NCBI RefSeq assembly: GCF_009914755.1
Contig: NC_060926.1
Origin: the human T2T-CHM13v2.0 reference genome, Homo sapiens
Length of the DNA: 64,000 nucleotides
Direction: 5' to 3' (one strand)
Made by a program: the position numbers and the translations under genes. Positions within the stretch are counted from its first letter, which is position 1. Each line of letters begins with the position of its first letter. Shown one piece after another: positions 43,651 to 64,000 of this stretch. The notes under the pieces were generated by a model, which was given only the letters and a program-made list of their open reading frames with translations, searched no databases and was not told the origin of the DNA.

Positions 43651-44211
43651 TGAGCCTCTTAGAAGTAGCAGCACTGGGCTATTGAGATGCTGACTCAACT
43701 CACATGCCACAGGTCTAGGAGCTGAGCTGCTGTTTGTCCCCTGCAGCCCATCAGCCACCAATGACACACAGCAGGATGCTTTACTCTCCACCCATGCTAC
43801 ACTGGCTGACAGTGTGGATTTTATGTAACACTTACGCGATGGAGAGCTCATTACTTTCAGAAAGCTAAGATGGTGGTGGAGGGTGCTGGGGGCGGACAGA
43901 AGAGTTAAGCAACACGACTGACGTCACACAGCAAGTTGATGAGTTTTCAAGCTGCAGTCCCCAGATCCTGTGTGCGTTTTGCCTCTGCCCCACAACCCTG
44001 ACTTACACTTTAGGCTAGTGATAAACTGCAGTGTGAATGCATGATCTGCAGCTGAAAGGTGTTTGAAAACCGCTCAGGAGAGGAAGAAAAGCAAATGCAA
44101 TTCTTTCAAGGTAGTCTTTGTCATGCAAATCTGGAATCATGTTGCTAGTAGGTATTTATAGCTTGAAGATCCCACATCTAGCATTTCAAACAGAAATGAT
44201 TACCTCTGTAG

Positions 44212-44540
<329 letters not shown>

Positions 44541-44662
44541 GGACACAAGCATTTCTAACTGCAAACTATTTCACTAAAAGGACAGATAGATTTCTACTAG
44601 AATCATCAATGTCTACATTGCAGCATCCAGTAAACAGGGACTGCTATATTTGGGAAGCTCTT

Positions 44663-44680
44663 CTTGCCCCCTGGTGGTTG
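44663..44680 (-). promoter_or_regulatory. CTCF core motif, reverse
   Basis: The plus strand reads cttgccccctggtggttg, which is CAACCACCAGGGGGCAAG on the minus strand. Confidence 0.6.
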
Positions 44681-44722
44681 TAAAGATGTTTAGATAAACT
44701 GCACACTAAAAAGTGTACTCTT

Positions 44723-47725
<3,003 letters not shown>

Positions 47726-48273
47726 ACTTCTGGTTTCTGGTCTGGTGTATAAGGAGCCTGGAGGCCAACACTCCATACTAATAAGTAAAAACTTAAATAA
47801 ACTGAAAAATCAAAACCTCTTCTTAGATTTATCAAAGAATTGAGTTCACAGGGCAAACTGGTGTCTCCAGAAGTTGAGAAATTGGCTAGACTCAAAGAAT
47901 CACAACTTACCAGAGCAGAAACCCACTGGCAGAACCATTCCAGGAAGAAGTTCAGGGTAGGGAAAACTCAACTTAACTGATGAATTGCTAGACGCTCAGT
48001 GCGGCCAAATTTGAAAGGTGAAAACTCCAGAGGGACCCAGTCCTGGTGGGGAACATTTCTACGAGTTTTACCTCCAGGAACTTACCATGTCCCCACAGTG
48101 AACACCTACCAGGCTCCTCCTGCTTCTGGCTTGTTTCCTACAAGAAAGCTGCTGTCATCTTTACCTTTGTTCCTCTGTACCTAATCTTCTCTCTCTTCCT
48201 CACTTCTAAAACTTCCTCTTTATTGCTAGTTGAAATTTGATTGATAGTTATTATATTTCTTGGGTCTCAGTAG

Positions 48274-48591
<318 letters not shown>

Positions 48592-49015
48592 ATTTCTTCA
48601 AATTGTTTTTTATACCTCCCTTCTCCACGGACTCCAATTATACACGTATTTGGCTCCCAAAGTTGTCCCATAGTTCTCTAATGCCCAATTTCTCCTACCT
48701 TCTTCAGTCTTTTTCCTGTTTAAGTTGCTGTCTTCCAATTCTTTCATATCTTTTTCTGAGATGTCCAATCTGCTGTTAATCCCATTCAGCGTTTTTCATC
48801 AGATATTGCAGTTTTCATCTCTAGAGGTTCAACTTGGTGTTTTGTATCTTCCATGTTTTTCTCTCTAGCTTTCTGAACATATGGAATACAGTCATAATAC
48901 CTGCTTTAATGTCCTTGTCTACTGATTGTCATTGTGCCATTCCTGGGTCAGTTTTGATGGACTAATTTTTCACTTCATTATGAGCTTATGTTCATGCTTC
49001 TTTGCATGCCTAGTA

Positions 49016-49327
<312 letters not shown>

Positions 49328-50417
49328 GCCTAGTGATTTATTAGATGCCAAGTATTGTATATTTTACTTTATTGGGTATATTTTTTGTATTCCTATATTC
49401 TTGAGCTTTGTTCTGGAACACAATTAAGTTACTTTGAAACAGTTGTGTTCCAGTTTGGTCTTGTTTTTAAGCTTTCTGAGTTGGGACCAGGGGTAGTTTT
49501 TATGTAGAGTTAATTTTTCTACTACTAGGGCATCTTAGTTCTCTTCCAATGCCACCTAGATTACAAGGTTTTCCACTGTGACTGTTGATAACAGGCACTA
49601 TTTTCCACTCCAAACACTGTTCCCTCTAATTCTTTTGGGTGAGTTTCCTCACCGGCATGCACTATTAGTGTGTAACTAAATATCTGATGGAAACTCTCTG
49701 CAGATCTTAGTTCTCCTGCTGTGCAACTCTCTCCTCCAAGGCATTCTCCCCTGTGAACTCTAGTCATTTCGACTGCCCAACTGCACCTCAACTCCAGGAG
49801 ACCGCCAGGTCCTGATGGGGTAACCCTTCCTAGAACCACGGACTCTCCGCAGATAGTAAGTACAGATAATTTTGTTTCCCCTCTCCAAAGGATCATTGTC
49901 TTTTATTGCTTAAAGTTCATTGTCTTTATATTTGTTAGGTACTTAAGAAGGAAAACTAACAGGACAGATAAGTTTTAGGAAATAACTACCTTACTCTAGC
50001 AAAATACCACACACAAAAAAAGGGGACCCACCCACACCAGACAACGTCACAGGCTGAAAACTTTCACCATCCAGCCTAACATGGCCTGCTCCCTATCCCA
50101 CGGTGCCATTAGGGTGCTCCTCCTACTTCCAGCAGAAAGGCCTCAGCAGAGGTCCCGAGGACAGCGACAGGAGGAAACCTGGATCTCCATCCTCACCAGG
50201 CAGTAACGAGGCAGTGCCCCATCCCATACCAGCACCGTCAGAGGAAGCATGCTGAGAGATTTAAATAACTCCCAGAGCTTCATAACAGTGAAGATGACCA
50301 GGATACAGCCAAAGTCACTCATCATAACAAGAACTAGGACATTGTAAACTTGAATGAGAAAAAACCTCAAGGGATGTCAACACTAAGATGACACAGATGT
50401 TGAAACTTTATGACAAT

Positions 50418-50720
50418 TTTTTTTTTTTTTTTGGAGACAAGGTCTCACTCTGCCACCCAGGCTGGAGTGGCATGAACAAGGCTCACTGCAGCCTCAACCT
50501 CCTGCAATCAAATGATCCTCCCACTTCAGCCTCCTATGTAGCTGGGACTACAGGCATACACCACCATGTGTGTCTAACTTTTAAATTTACTTTTACTTTT
50601 TGTAGAGATGAGGTCTCACTTTGTTGCCTAGGCTGATCTCAAACTCCTGGGCTGAAGCAATCCTCCTGCCTCACCTTCACAAAGTGCTGGGGTTATAGGC
50701 GTGAGCCACCACACCTACCT
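50418..50720 (-). mobile_element. AluJ inserted in an old L1M 5'/ORF1 remnant (~50270-51440, +)
   Basis: Reverse AluJ with TSD atgacaa. The flanks are A-rich L1 ORF1/ORF2-like sequence (gacacagatgttgaaac...aaagcagcc and aatagacatttctccaa). Confidence 0.8.
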
Positions 50721-51705
50721 GATGACAAAGATTTTAAAGCAGCCACCATAAAAATGCTTCAGTGAGCAATTATAAACACTCTTGAAGCCATTTAAAGAAA
50801 AAAAAAGTCTCAGCAAATAGCCTCAGCAAATAAAGAGAAGACATAAAAAATAAACCAAATGGAAATTTTAACTGAAATATACAATGACAGTCAAAGTTAA
50901 AGTACTGCATGGATGGTTCAAGAGCAGAATGGAAAGGAAAGAGTAAATAACCAGTTATTCTGAAGATAAAACAATAGAAATTACCTAAACTGAGCAACAC
51001 AGAGAAAACAGACTGGAAAAAAAATAAACAGCGCCTCAGGGACTCACGGGACAATAGTAAAAGATTCAACATTTTGGTCATCAGTGTCCCAGAAAGAGGA
51101 TGTGGGTGGGGCAGAAAGAGTATGCAAAGAAATAAAAATATATATATTCCACAGAATGGGTAAAAACTTCTGTAAAGCATGTATGATAGGGGGGCTTATA
51201 TCTAGAAACTATAAGGAACTCAATAATAATAAAAAATAACTTTTTAAATGGGCAAAGGCTCTGAATAGACATTTCTCCAAAAAACATATACAAATGGCCA
51301 ATCAGCACATGAAAAGATGTTCAACATCATCAGCCATCAGGGAAATACAAGTCAAAATTGCAATGGTATACAATTAATATACCATTTAACATTCCCAATA
51401 GTAGCCTACAACTTCCATTTCCACTGTGGAAAACGGTTTGGAAGTTCCTCACGGTAGTCAAGTTACTTAACTGCTCTGTAAAATGAAGTTAATCACATTC
51501 ACTTTGGATGAATGAGTTCATATATATTAGCTATAATTACTACAGCAATTATCATTGTGTACATTATTACTGATTGGGTCAAATTATTAACCCCGTCTCC
51601 CTAATTCATTTACTTTTGTTACTTTGGATGAATATTTAAAGTAGTCTTGAACTGAGATATGTATGTAAAGGTTCTATCACATTGGCATATAACATGTGCT
51701 CAACA

Positions 51706-51857
51706 AATGAAAGCTATAATTATTTATTTCCAAAGAGTTTAAAGATTAAACTTCCCTCAAAACAAACAAAAGGCAAGGTAACATCCCAAGCTGTGAGGGG
51801 CTGAGTCTCTCCTAGGTGCAGGGCAGCACAGGAACTGGCTGCACAAGGCCAGAGAGG
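51706..51857 (-). other. MRPS5: MRPS5 short 3'UTR (end approximate)
   Basis: Lies between the stop codon and a site ~15-20 nt beyond the AATAAA. Confidence 0.65.
51723..51728 (-). terminator. MRPS5 poly(A) signal AATAAA
   Basis: Plus-strand tttatt, 130 nt after the stop codon. A U/GU-rich minus-strand tract (ttcatttgttg) follows. Confidence 0.7.
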
Positions 51858-52082
<225 letters not shown>

Positions 52083-53287
52083 CTAAGCAAGACCAAATTC
52101 AGAACAGGTTAGGTCTGAAGTACATTTGCAACATAAAGAGCAGGAACTTCCACAGGCCACAACAGTACAGCCTGGGGGTATTCAAAGGCCATTTCAGTGG
52201 ATTTGGGTTAATGTGTTTTGTGGCTAAACTCTAATAACCTGTCATGGGTGGAGTCATTTCAGCCTCATCTGCTGCATCTGCCCACCCCAAACTTGGATAG
52301 AGGAAGGGCCTTGGCCTCTGGTCTCTTGCCTTCTAAACCCTCCTGATTATGCACCATGCTGTGCCAAACACTGAACTTGAATCTCACCAACCCCCTAGAT
52401 CTAACTACCAATTTACAGTAAATATAGGGGAGATAAGACACTAAGGACCCTACAGGTATTTTAGTCAGCAACAGGCCAGGAAGCACTACAAAACAAACAA
52501 CCTGGTTTCCTCAACAAAAAATCATAAGCGGGGCGGGGGTGGGGGAAGAGGAGGGGAACCTATTTAAAAGGCATAGCAAAAACATACATTAACCTGTTCT
52601 GCAACCTGATTCAAACACATTGTGTAAAAAAAAAAAAAATTTTTTTTAATCTAACAAATGGAATTTGCTCATTTGTATGAACATTGATTGGATATTTGAT
52701 GATACAAGTTACTGTTAACTTTTTAGGTATGATAATAGTATTACAGGGTATTTTTTAAAATCCTCATCTTTTCGAAGATACATACTAAAATATTTAGGGT
52801 TGAAATAAAATGTCTGAGATTTGGTTCAAAATAACTGGGGGTGTACTAAGAAGCAAGACTGGTCATGAGCTGGGTAACAGGGCCATGGGGATTCACTGCA
52901 GAGGGAAGCCACAGAGATCTGGAAGCAGGCAGATTAGTTCAGTAGACGTTATTCATGGTACAATGACATACCTGCTATGTCAATCCCGTGATCCCAGGCC
53001 TTATGGCTGCCTTGCACTATTCTAATTATATATCTAATGCCCTGCAGTATGTGTGAAATTAGAAAACAGATGAGCCATTTCATAAACAAAATAATTTATA
53101 TTGGTGTATCTTTCAATCAAAGGCATATCACCTAAAGTGGTGGCATCTTTTCCTTTTTGAGTGACATATTAAATAATGCAACCTTTTATAGCTGATGGCA
53201 TTTTAGGAGAGATGACATATGGTAACTATATCAGAAGGTTTAAAAGACTAAAAGAAAACAAAGATATCACATAAAAGAACAAGTCTA

Positions 53288-53612
<325 letters not shown>

Positions 53613-54396
53613 CTACTGGATCATAAATACAACCTATCTAAAATCAACATCTTAATTAAACCTCTAATGTTTCAATTTACAAGTGCTCTGAAGGGTGTTT
53701 TAGACAGTAACACACACAAAAGCTGTTCAGAAAACAGAAGGCTTTTACCCAAAGCCTTCTTTTTCTTTTAATTTTCCTACTTTAAACAGAGACATGTAAA
53801 ATTACTCCATGGATCACTTTACCTAAAACCCACCACTGTACTCCTGAAATGTCAGGAAGCCTGCCAAAGTCCTCAGCTAACAGAGTTCAGCAAATGGAGC
53901 CTATTGAACCTGGTTGTCTTTTCTGTTCATCCACCTATGCTAAGGTCTACCCATCCTTTCAAGAGACAGGCCAGCCCTCCTGGGCAGGTAGGGGAGCTGC
54001 CCAAGAATGGGGGCCCGGTGCAGTCACAGCCCTGCCCTCCATGGTGGGTGATTGGGAGCCGGGCCCAGGGCTCCCACCTATGAGGAAAAGTAACCTGATA
54101 TGTTAATGTTCATAGTTCCCTACCAACCCAGGCATCAGTCCGAACCACCTACACAGGTAACAGGGAACTGACTGTGCCTGCCCTGTGTGCAGAGGTGCCC
54201 TGGGTGCTTCATCCTAGCCCCAACTGAAAGGACTAAATTAGGAAATGAACTTTCTCTTTTGATTTTACTTTTCTATACTGTTGGAGCTTTAGAACAAGCA
54301 GGTGTTATTTTCATAATAACATGTAGATTGTAATTATTGGCTTTAAAAATGCTGCTTAGAAAAACCCATGAAGTACTTTTTAAAAGGTAATTTTCA

Positions 54397-55102
<706 letters not shown>

Positions 55103-55349
55103 TCAGGCTCTGGGCTTCGGGAAACTGGTTCATATTCTGGTATCACCACTTCCTAGTGAGCTGACCCTTGACAACTTACTTAACTTCCAAGATGACACTT
55201 ACTCAAACAGGATACTACAAGGATTAAGAAGATGACATCTACAAATATCTTGAACACATTTTGAGGGCAAAAAAACAGGATTGTTATTGAGATTAATAAA
55301 CATGCATGAAAATTCTTGGCACCCCAGACTCATTTAACTAAGGATGGAG

Positions 55350-56060
55350 GGACACGTCTCTTCTCACCCTCCTTGATAGTTCCGTTGCCCTGAGCAGAGG
55401 GTCCACTTCCTCCTCCTGAAGAAGCTCCTCTTTTCGTTTTGGTAACACATCCTCTCCTGGATTTCCTCCTAGCTATTGGCCTGTCCTCTCCTCCTTGCTG
55501 GCCTCTAAATCTTGGGGGGTCTCCCCTCCAGCCACTGGCCCTACCCTTTTCTGCCTGTAATTCCTTCTCCAGAGAGCTTTAAAAACACAAACCAAACAAG
55601 TTGCTCCCCATTTAAAGATCCCTCCTTCCCACTGTTCTCGAGATTAATATAAAGAGCACCATGGCCTATTCAGAGCCTTCTGTGCCTGAGTCCTGCCCGC
55701 CCACCTCCCTGACCTCATCTAGAGACACGCCACCTCCTGCTGGCTTCCTCACCTTAAGGACTGCACTTGGGATTCCCTCTGCCTGGAATGTCCTCCCAGC
55801 TCTGCCCCCTTGGCTCCTTCTCACCTTCAAGGTCCCACTCAAATTGCTCCTCTTCAGACAGGCCTTCTGTGACCATGCTATTCAAGGTGGCATCCTTCCT
55901 TCTGCCTTCCTCCCTCCTACTCTAACACAGTACCCTGATTAGGGCACTCAACGAAACCTGTTTATCCAATGCTTCCCCTGAGTAGAAGATGGCTCCCATG
56001 AGGGCCAGGATATTGTTTACCGCGGTGTCCCCAGAGCCCAGAGCAGTACCTGGCAAATGC
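55350..56060 (+). mobile_element. L2 3' fragments
   Basis: ttccctctgcctggaatgtcctcc...ccttcaagg...ggccttctgtgacc...ctcccatgagggcagg...cagtacctggca. Confidence 0.7.
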
Positions 56061-58269
56061 AGGTGGAGTGAGGGAGCTGCAGGGCCCAAGTTTGGCCTCT
56101 AACATTATTTGCCAGACATAAAACTCGGCACACACCTCTTCTGCTCCAAGGCAGAAAATCTACTCTGGAAGTTGGACATTAATGGCTTTCTAGTTTGACT
56201 TTTTATGGTCAAAAACTATTCCTTCTACTTGAAAGGGCCAATGAACTGTGGCCTCCATAATTATGCCAGAGCATGCAAGAACTTAAGGGGATAGCTAAAG
56301 ACAGGTCACAATGGGGTCCTCTGTTCTTCCAGGTGGAGTTATGTACACACAGAACAGGTGCCGCCGACACGTGAACATAATGCACCCATGTCTGGATGAG
56401 CACTGGTGTGCACACACCTAGAGAGAGGTACACGTGGAAGGGGGTATCATGCAGATTCTGGAAGGAGCTGAGAGGCAGCCTCTACCCTGCCACTGCTCGC
56501 TGAATGACTGTGGCAAGAAGATCCCTCCCTACAACACCTACTTGGCAGTGCTGCTGATGAGCACTGAGATGTGTAATACACAGTACCTGGACCAGCACAG
56601 ACACTGCATGAACACTGGCCACTGTGTGACACATACACAAACACCCACGTGACAGTGGTCATAGTCCGATGGTAATGATTTGACTACCTTCCAGGCACAG
56701 ACTGTCAAAAAACACTTGTTTAATAAATATGGCAAAGTTTTGCAGTGCTGTGTGTGGAACTGAATACTGTTCTATAGCCGAAGTAGAAGTGTTCCATGGT
56801 TAAATACATTTGGGAACACCACACCCTCCATTTCTCTTGGGAGATTCATATTGCATGGCAGTGCATTAAAGATTGCAACATTCACAAAGATGCAAAAATA
56901 CTTTTGGTGCCTTTCCTTAATCCAGTTCTGCCATCTGGCATCCTTTTTGGAGTAAAACCTTTTCTATCTCCTACAGAACTAGTAACACATAGGCACATCA
57001 TTTAGGAAATGCCTATTTGTACACGTATGTACAAAATGTCTATAAATGTGTATGTATTCAGGAAACGTCTAAAAGTATTATATACTGTTTTAGCTTCAAA
57101 ATCAGAATATTAACCCCGATACATAGGTAATGGTCTAGATCATACAAAAACCTGAAAAATACAGCTTTGATTAGAAGACAGGAAAGATTTTAAAAGGTAG
57201 GTTCTTCAATTAAATTAAAATTACAGCAGTCATTTGAATAGGATTCCGTTCCAAGATGGCCGAATAGTAACAGCTCCAGTCTGCAGCTCCCAGTGTGACT
57301 GACGCAGAAGACAGGTGATTTCTGCATTTCCAACTGAGGTACCTGGTTCATCTCACTGGGACTGGTTGGACAGTGGGTGCTGCCCATGGAGCAGGGCAGG
57401 GCATCGCCTCACCCGGGAAGCACAAGTGGTCCAGGGATTTCCCTTGCCTAGCCAAGGGAAGCTGTGACAGACTGTACCGGGAAAACCGGGACACTGCCAC
57501 CTAAATACTGTGTCTTTCCAATGGTGGTAGCAAACGGCACACCAGGAGATTATATCCCAGGCATGGCTCAGCAGGTCCCACGCCCATGGAACCTTGCTCA
57601 CTGCTAGCGCAGCAGTCCGAGATCAAACTGTGAGGCAGCAGCCCTGGCTAGGGGAGGGGTGTCCGCCATTGCTGAGGCTTGAGTAGGTAAACAAAGCGGC
57701 CAGGAAGCTCGAACTGGGTGGAGCCCACCGCAGCTCAATGAGGCCCACCTGCCTCTGTAGACTCCACCTCTGTGCACAGGGCATAGCTAAACAAAAGGCA
57801 GCAGAAACTTCTGCAGACTTAAACGTCCCTGTCTGACAGCTCTGAAGAGAGCAGTGGTTCTCCCAGCACAGTGTTTGAGCTCTGAGAATGGACAGACTGC
57901 CTCCTCAAGTGGGCCCCTGACCCCCGTGTAGCCTAACTGGGAGACACCTCCCACTAGGGACCGACCGACACCTCATACAGCCAGGTGTCCCTCTGAGACG
58001 TAGATTCCAGAGGAAGGATCAGGCAGTAATATTTGCTCTTCTGCAATATTTGCTGCTCTGCAGCCTCTACTGGTGATACCCAGGCAAACAGGGTCTGGAG
58101 TGGACCTCCTGCAAACTCCAACAGACCTGCAGCTGAGGGACCTGATTGTTAGAAGGAAAACTAACAAACAGAAAGGAATAGCATCAACATCAACAAAATG
58201 GACATCCACACCAAAACCCCATCTGTAGGTTACCATCATCAAAGACCAAAGGTAGATAAAACCACAAAG

Positions 58270-59290
58270 ATGGGGAGAAACCAGAGCAGAAAACCTGAAA
58301 ATTCTAAAAACCAGAGCGCCTCTTCTCCACCAAAGGATCCCAGCTCCTCGCCAGCAACAGAACAAAGCTGGATGGAGAATGACTTTGACAAGTTGGCAGA
58401 AGTAGACTTCAGAAGGTCGGTAATAACAAACTTCTCCAAGTTAAAGGAGAATGTTCAAACCCCATCACAAGGAAGCTAAAAATCTTGAAAAAAGATTAGA
58501 CAAATGGCTAACTAGAATAAACAGTGTAGAGAGTACTTTAAATGACCTGATGGAGCTGAAAACCATGGCACGAGAACTACGTGATGCATGCATAAGCTTC
58601 AGTAGCCAATTCAATCAAGTGGAAGAAAGGGTATCAGTGATTGAAGATCAAATTAATGAAATGAAGCAATAAGAGAAGTTTAGAGAAAAAAGAGTAAAAA
58701 AACGAACAAAACCTCCAAGAAATATGGGACTATGTGAAAAGACCAAATCTACATTTGATTGGTGTACCTGGAAGTGACAGGGAGAATGGAACCAAGTTCG
58801 AAAACACTCTTCAGGATATCATCCAAGAGAACTTCCCCAACCTAGCAAGGCAGGCAAACATTTAAATTCAGGAAATACAGAGAACACCACAAAAATACTC
58901 CTTGAGAAGAGCAACCCCAAGACACATAATTATCAGATTCACCAAGGTTGAAATGAAGGAAAAAATATCAAGGGCAGCCAGAGAGAAAGGTCGGGTTATC
59001 CACAAAGGGAAGCCCATCAGACTAACAGCGGATCTCTCAGCAGAAATTCTATAAGCCAGAAGAGAGTGGGGGCCAATATTCAACATTCTTAAAAGAATTT
59101 TCAACCCAGAATTTCATATCCAGCCAAACTAAGCTTCATAAGTGAAGGAGAAATAAAATCCTTTACACACAAGCAAATACTGAGAGATTCTGTCACTACC
59201 AGGCCTGCCTTACAAGAACTCCTGAAGGAAGCACTCAACATGGAAAGGAACAACCGGTACCAGCCACTGCAAAAACATGCCAAATTGTAA
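58270..59290 (+). pseudogene. L1 ORF1p, disrupted
   Basis: Runs from MGRNQSRK... to ...HAKL*, and is broken by frameshifts and stops (split into ORF-track pieces). Confidence 0.9.
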
Positions 59291-59353
59291 AGACCATCGA
59301 TGCTAGGAAGAAACTGCATCAACTAATGGGAAAAATAATCAGTTAACATCATA

Positions 59354-63133
<3,780 letters not shown>

Positions 63134-63370
63134 ACAATGAGAACACTTGGACACAGGGTGGGGAACATCACACACTGGGGGCCTGTGGTGGGTTGGGGGC
63201 AGTGGGGGAGGGATAGCATTAGGAGATATACCTAATGTAAATGACGAGTTAATGGGTTCAGCAAACCAGCGTGACACATGGATACCTATGTAACAAACCT
63301 GCACATTGTGCACATGTACCCTAGAACTTAAAGTATAATTTAAAAAGAAAGAAAGAAAACGTGAATATAA

Positions 63371-63719
<349 letters not shown>

Positions 63720-64000
63720 AAAAATTATTTTTAAAATTAAAAAAAAAAAAAGTTGTAGCAGTCATTCAAACATCATTGAGATATAAATGTATCTAAACTA
63801 TGCTGCCCAACATAAACATGATCCAAGTCGTAAGCAGAAGCCATATATATAATTTCAAATGTTCTCATAGATGCATTTTGAAAAGTTTTTTTTAAAAAGT
63901 TTATTTAGAGATGTGTTTTATTAACCCAATATGTCCAAACATTATCATTTAAAATGTAATCAATACAATAATATTTTTGAGATATTTTATATTCTTTTTT

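Noticed and set aside
51501-51633. 13-bp direct repeat actttggatgaat, 120 bp apart
   Set aside because: Too short, and in AT-rich degraded repeat sequence. No further structure.
57604-57669. L1 ORF0
   Set aside because: The ATG is present (MADTPPLA...), but the frame shifts and stops after 21 codons.

Overview
Human genomic DNA that I recognise from the encoded peptides as the MAL-MRPS5 interval (chr2q11.1). On the + strand are the end of MAL intron 1 and MAL exons 2-4 (12460-12627, 14082-14207, 17882-17956), with the 3'UTR ending near 18490. About 33 kb of repeat-rich intergenic DNA follows. On the - strand, convergent with MAL, are the last two coding exons of MRPS5 (54887-55023 and 51858-52082). 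A full-length but inactivated primate L1PA (57241-63359) sits in the next MRPS5 intron. About 25 Alus (one young AluYa5), old L1M/L2/MIR fragments, LTRs and a Tigger-type remnant fill the rest. Nearly all listed ORFs are repeat artefacts. I see no convincing new protein-coding system. The most interesting structures are: (1) a 3.2-kb (GAGT/GACT)n array in MAL intron 1 built from 5' splice-site and AP-1-like words, with higher-order repeats; (2) a perfect 50-bp copy of nearby DNA inserted into an AT-rich array; (3) a dispersed duplication with a fold-back junction; (4) a probable L1 3' transduction hidden by a later Alu; (5) an orphan CpG island with a CpG-preserved old Alu and convergent CTCF motifs; (6) inverted Alus flanking MAL exon 2. 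Repeat boundaries are approximate and subfamily calls were made by eye.
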